Below, piece after piece: positions 63,122 to 64,000 of a stretch of DNA of 64,000 nucleotides. A program made the position numbers and the translations under genes. Source of the DNA: Actinomycetes bacterium (lineage in GTDB: Bacteria; Actinomycetota; Acidimicrobiia; Acidimicrobiales; RAAP-2); contig JAJYSU010000006.1 of assembly GCA_021793395.1 (NCBI GenBank), positions 1,534 to 65,533 on the forward strand. Reading direction: 5' to 3'. Within the stretch, counting starts at the first letter, position 1. Every line of letters begins with the position of its first letter. The notes under the pieces were generated by a model. It saw only the letters and a list, made by a program, of their open reading frames with translations. It was not told the origin of the DNA and searched no databases.

Positions 63122-64000
63122 GACCACCCCGCCAGGTGGTCGAGGGCGCAGTGACGCCACGTGAGGTCGGCGACCACCTTTCGTCGTCGCTCGCGGGCCG
63201 CGTCGTCGTTGGGATCCTCCAGAGCGCGCACCATCCCCTCGGCGATCTCCTCGACGTCGTGGGGGTCAACCGTGACCACCCCCTCTCGTCCGCTCACACT
63301 CGGCGTCGACGTGCTCGCGACCACGCGCGTGCCGACGTGCAACGCCTCCACCGGCGGCAATCCCCACCCCTCCGCCAGCGGGACGTACGCGCACAGGGCG
63401 GCGTCGCGGTACAGACCGAGCAGCAACGAGCGCGACACCGTTCCCAGAATGACCGCGTCGTCGCTCTCGACGTCGCCCCACCCCAGGGGGCCCACCAGGA
63501 CGAGGGGGCCCAGTTCGTCGGCCCGCGCGCGGGCGCGTCGGTGGGCCGCCACCAGACGAACCAGGTTCTTGCGCGGCTCGCGAGTGCCGACGTACAGCGT
63601 GTAGGGACCGTCCACCCCCGCCGCGGTCAGCGCGGCACGAACTCGCGCCGCGGGGGCGGGGGTGACCCCGTCGTCGACACCAAGGCGCACGGGGTGCAGA
63701 CGGTCCTCGTCGACGATGCCCTCGGCGGCGAGGCGCGCCGCCAAACCCGGCGACGAGGTGAACACGATCAGGTCACGACGCCGGCGGATCAGCGTCAGGC
63801 GCCGCTCGTGGAAGCGGACCCCGGCCGGGGTGAACGACGCGGCCTCGTCGCGCCACAACACGTCGTGCAGCGCGACCGAGTGCCGCGACCCACTCGCGCC
63901 ACCGGTGAAGGGCCCCGCCATGGACGTCGCGTGTACGACGTCGGCGTCGCGCGGCACGCCGAGCGGCCAGTAGGGCCACAGGCGCGCCAGAAGCCGTGAC
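63118..64000 (-). CDS. Family 4 glycosyltransferase (5' end outside window)
   Basis: VGTREPRKN, AEGWGLPPVEAL, LTW; frame open to the window edge. Confidence 0.88.
   Translation of the reverse strand, partial: SRLLARLWPYWPLGVPRDADVVHATSMAGPFTGGASGSRHSVALHDVLWRDEAASFTPAGVRFHERRLTLIRRRRDLIVFTSSPGLAARLAAEGIVDEDRLHPVRLGVDDGVTPAPAARVRAALTAAGVDGPYTLYVGTREPRKNLVRLVAAHRRARARADELGPLVLVGPLGWGDVESDDAVILGTVSRSLLLGLYRDAALCAYVPLAEGWGLPPVEALHVGTRVVASTSTPSVSGREGVVTVDPHDVEEIAEGMVRALEDPNDDAARERRRKVVADLTWRHCALDHLAGWS

Overview
High-GC (about 70% by eye) actinobacterial chromosomal window. Gene order and content suggest Acidimicrobiia, but that is an inference. About 60 genuine genes are densely packed, and most other ORFs in the six-frame track are antisense or out-of-frame shadows. 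Left third: a long minus-strand housekeeping run (lepA, hrcA-dnaJ-rsmE-HIT-phoH-ybeY-hlyC-era, uppS-recO-photolyase-hemW-glyQS) with a CIRCE operator at hrcA, plus rpsT, holA, folP, ybbN, leuS. Middle: tRNA-Ala(GGC), then a low-GC RHH/PIN toxin-antitoxin islet, a hicB with a degenerate hicA, a TetR-regulated heterodimeric ABC exporter, a stand-alone LigD-type polymerase domain and a secreted S53 peptidase. Right third: envelope glycosylation genes (GT2, two GT-C-like membrane proteins, ManB, an Rmd/Gmd-like enzyme, two GT4, DUF5719) interleaved with PPK2, an F420-type LLM oxidoreductase, a thiolase and ftsH. The most notable observations are (1) an archaeal-type RibC riboflavin synthase next to an F420-type oxidoreductase, (2) a photolyase whose only well-placed start codon is ACG, at the leaderless position behind a -10 box that reuses the recO stop codon, (3) the tRNA-anchored TA islet with a degenerate att-like repeat, and (4) pervasive leaderless gene starts. 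I saw no CRISPR array, rRNA, integrase or transposase. I cannot claim a wholly new multi-gene system from sequence alone.
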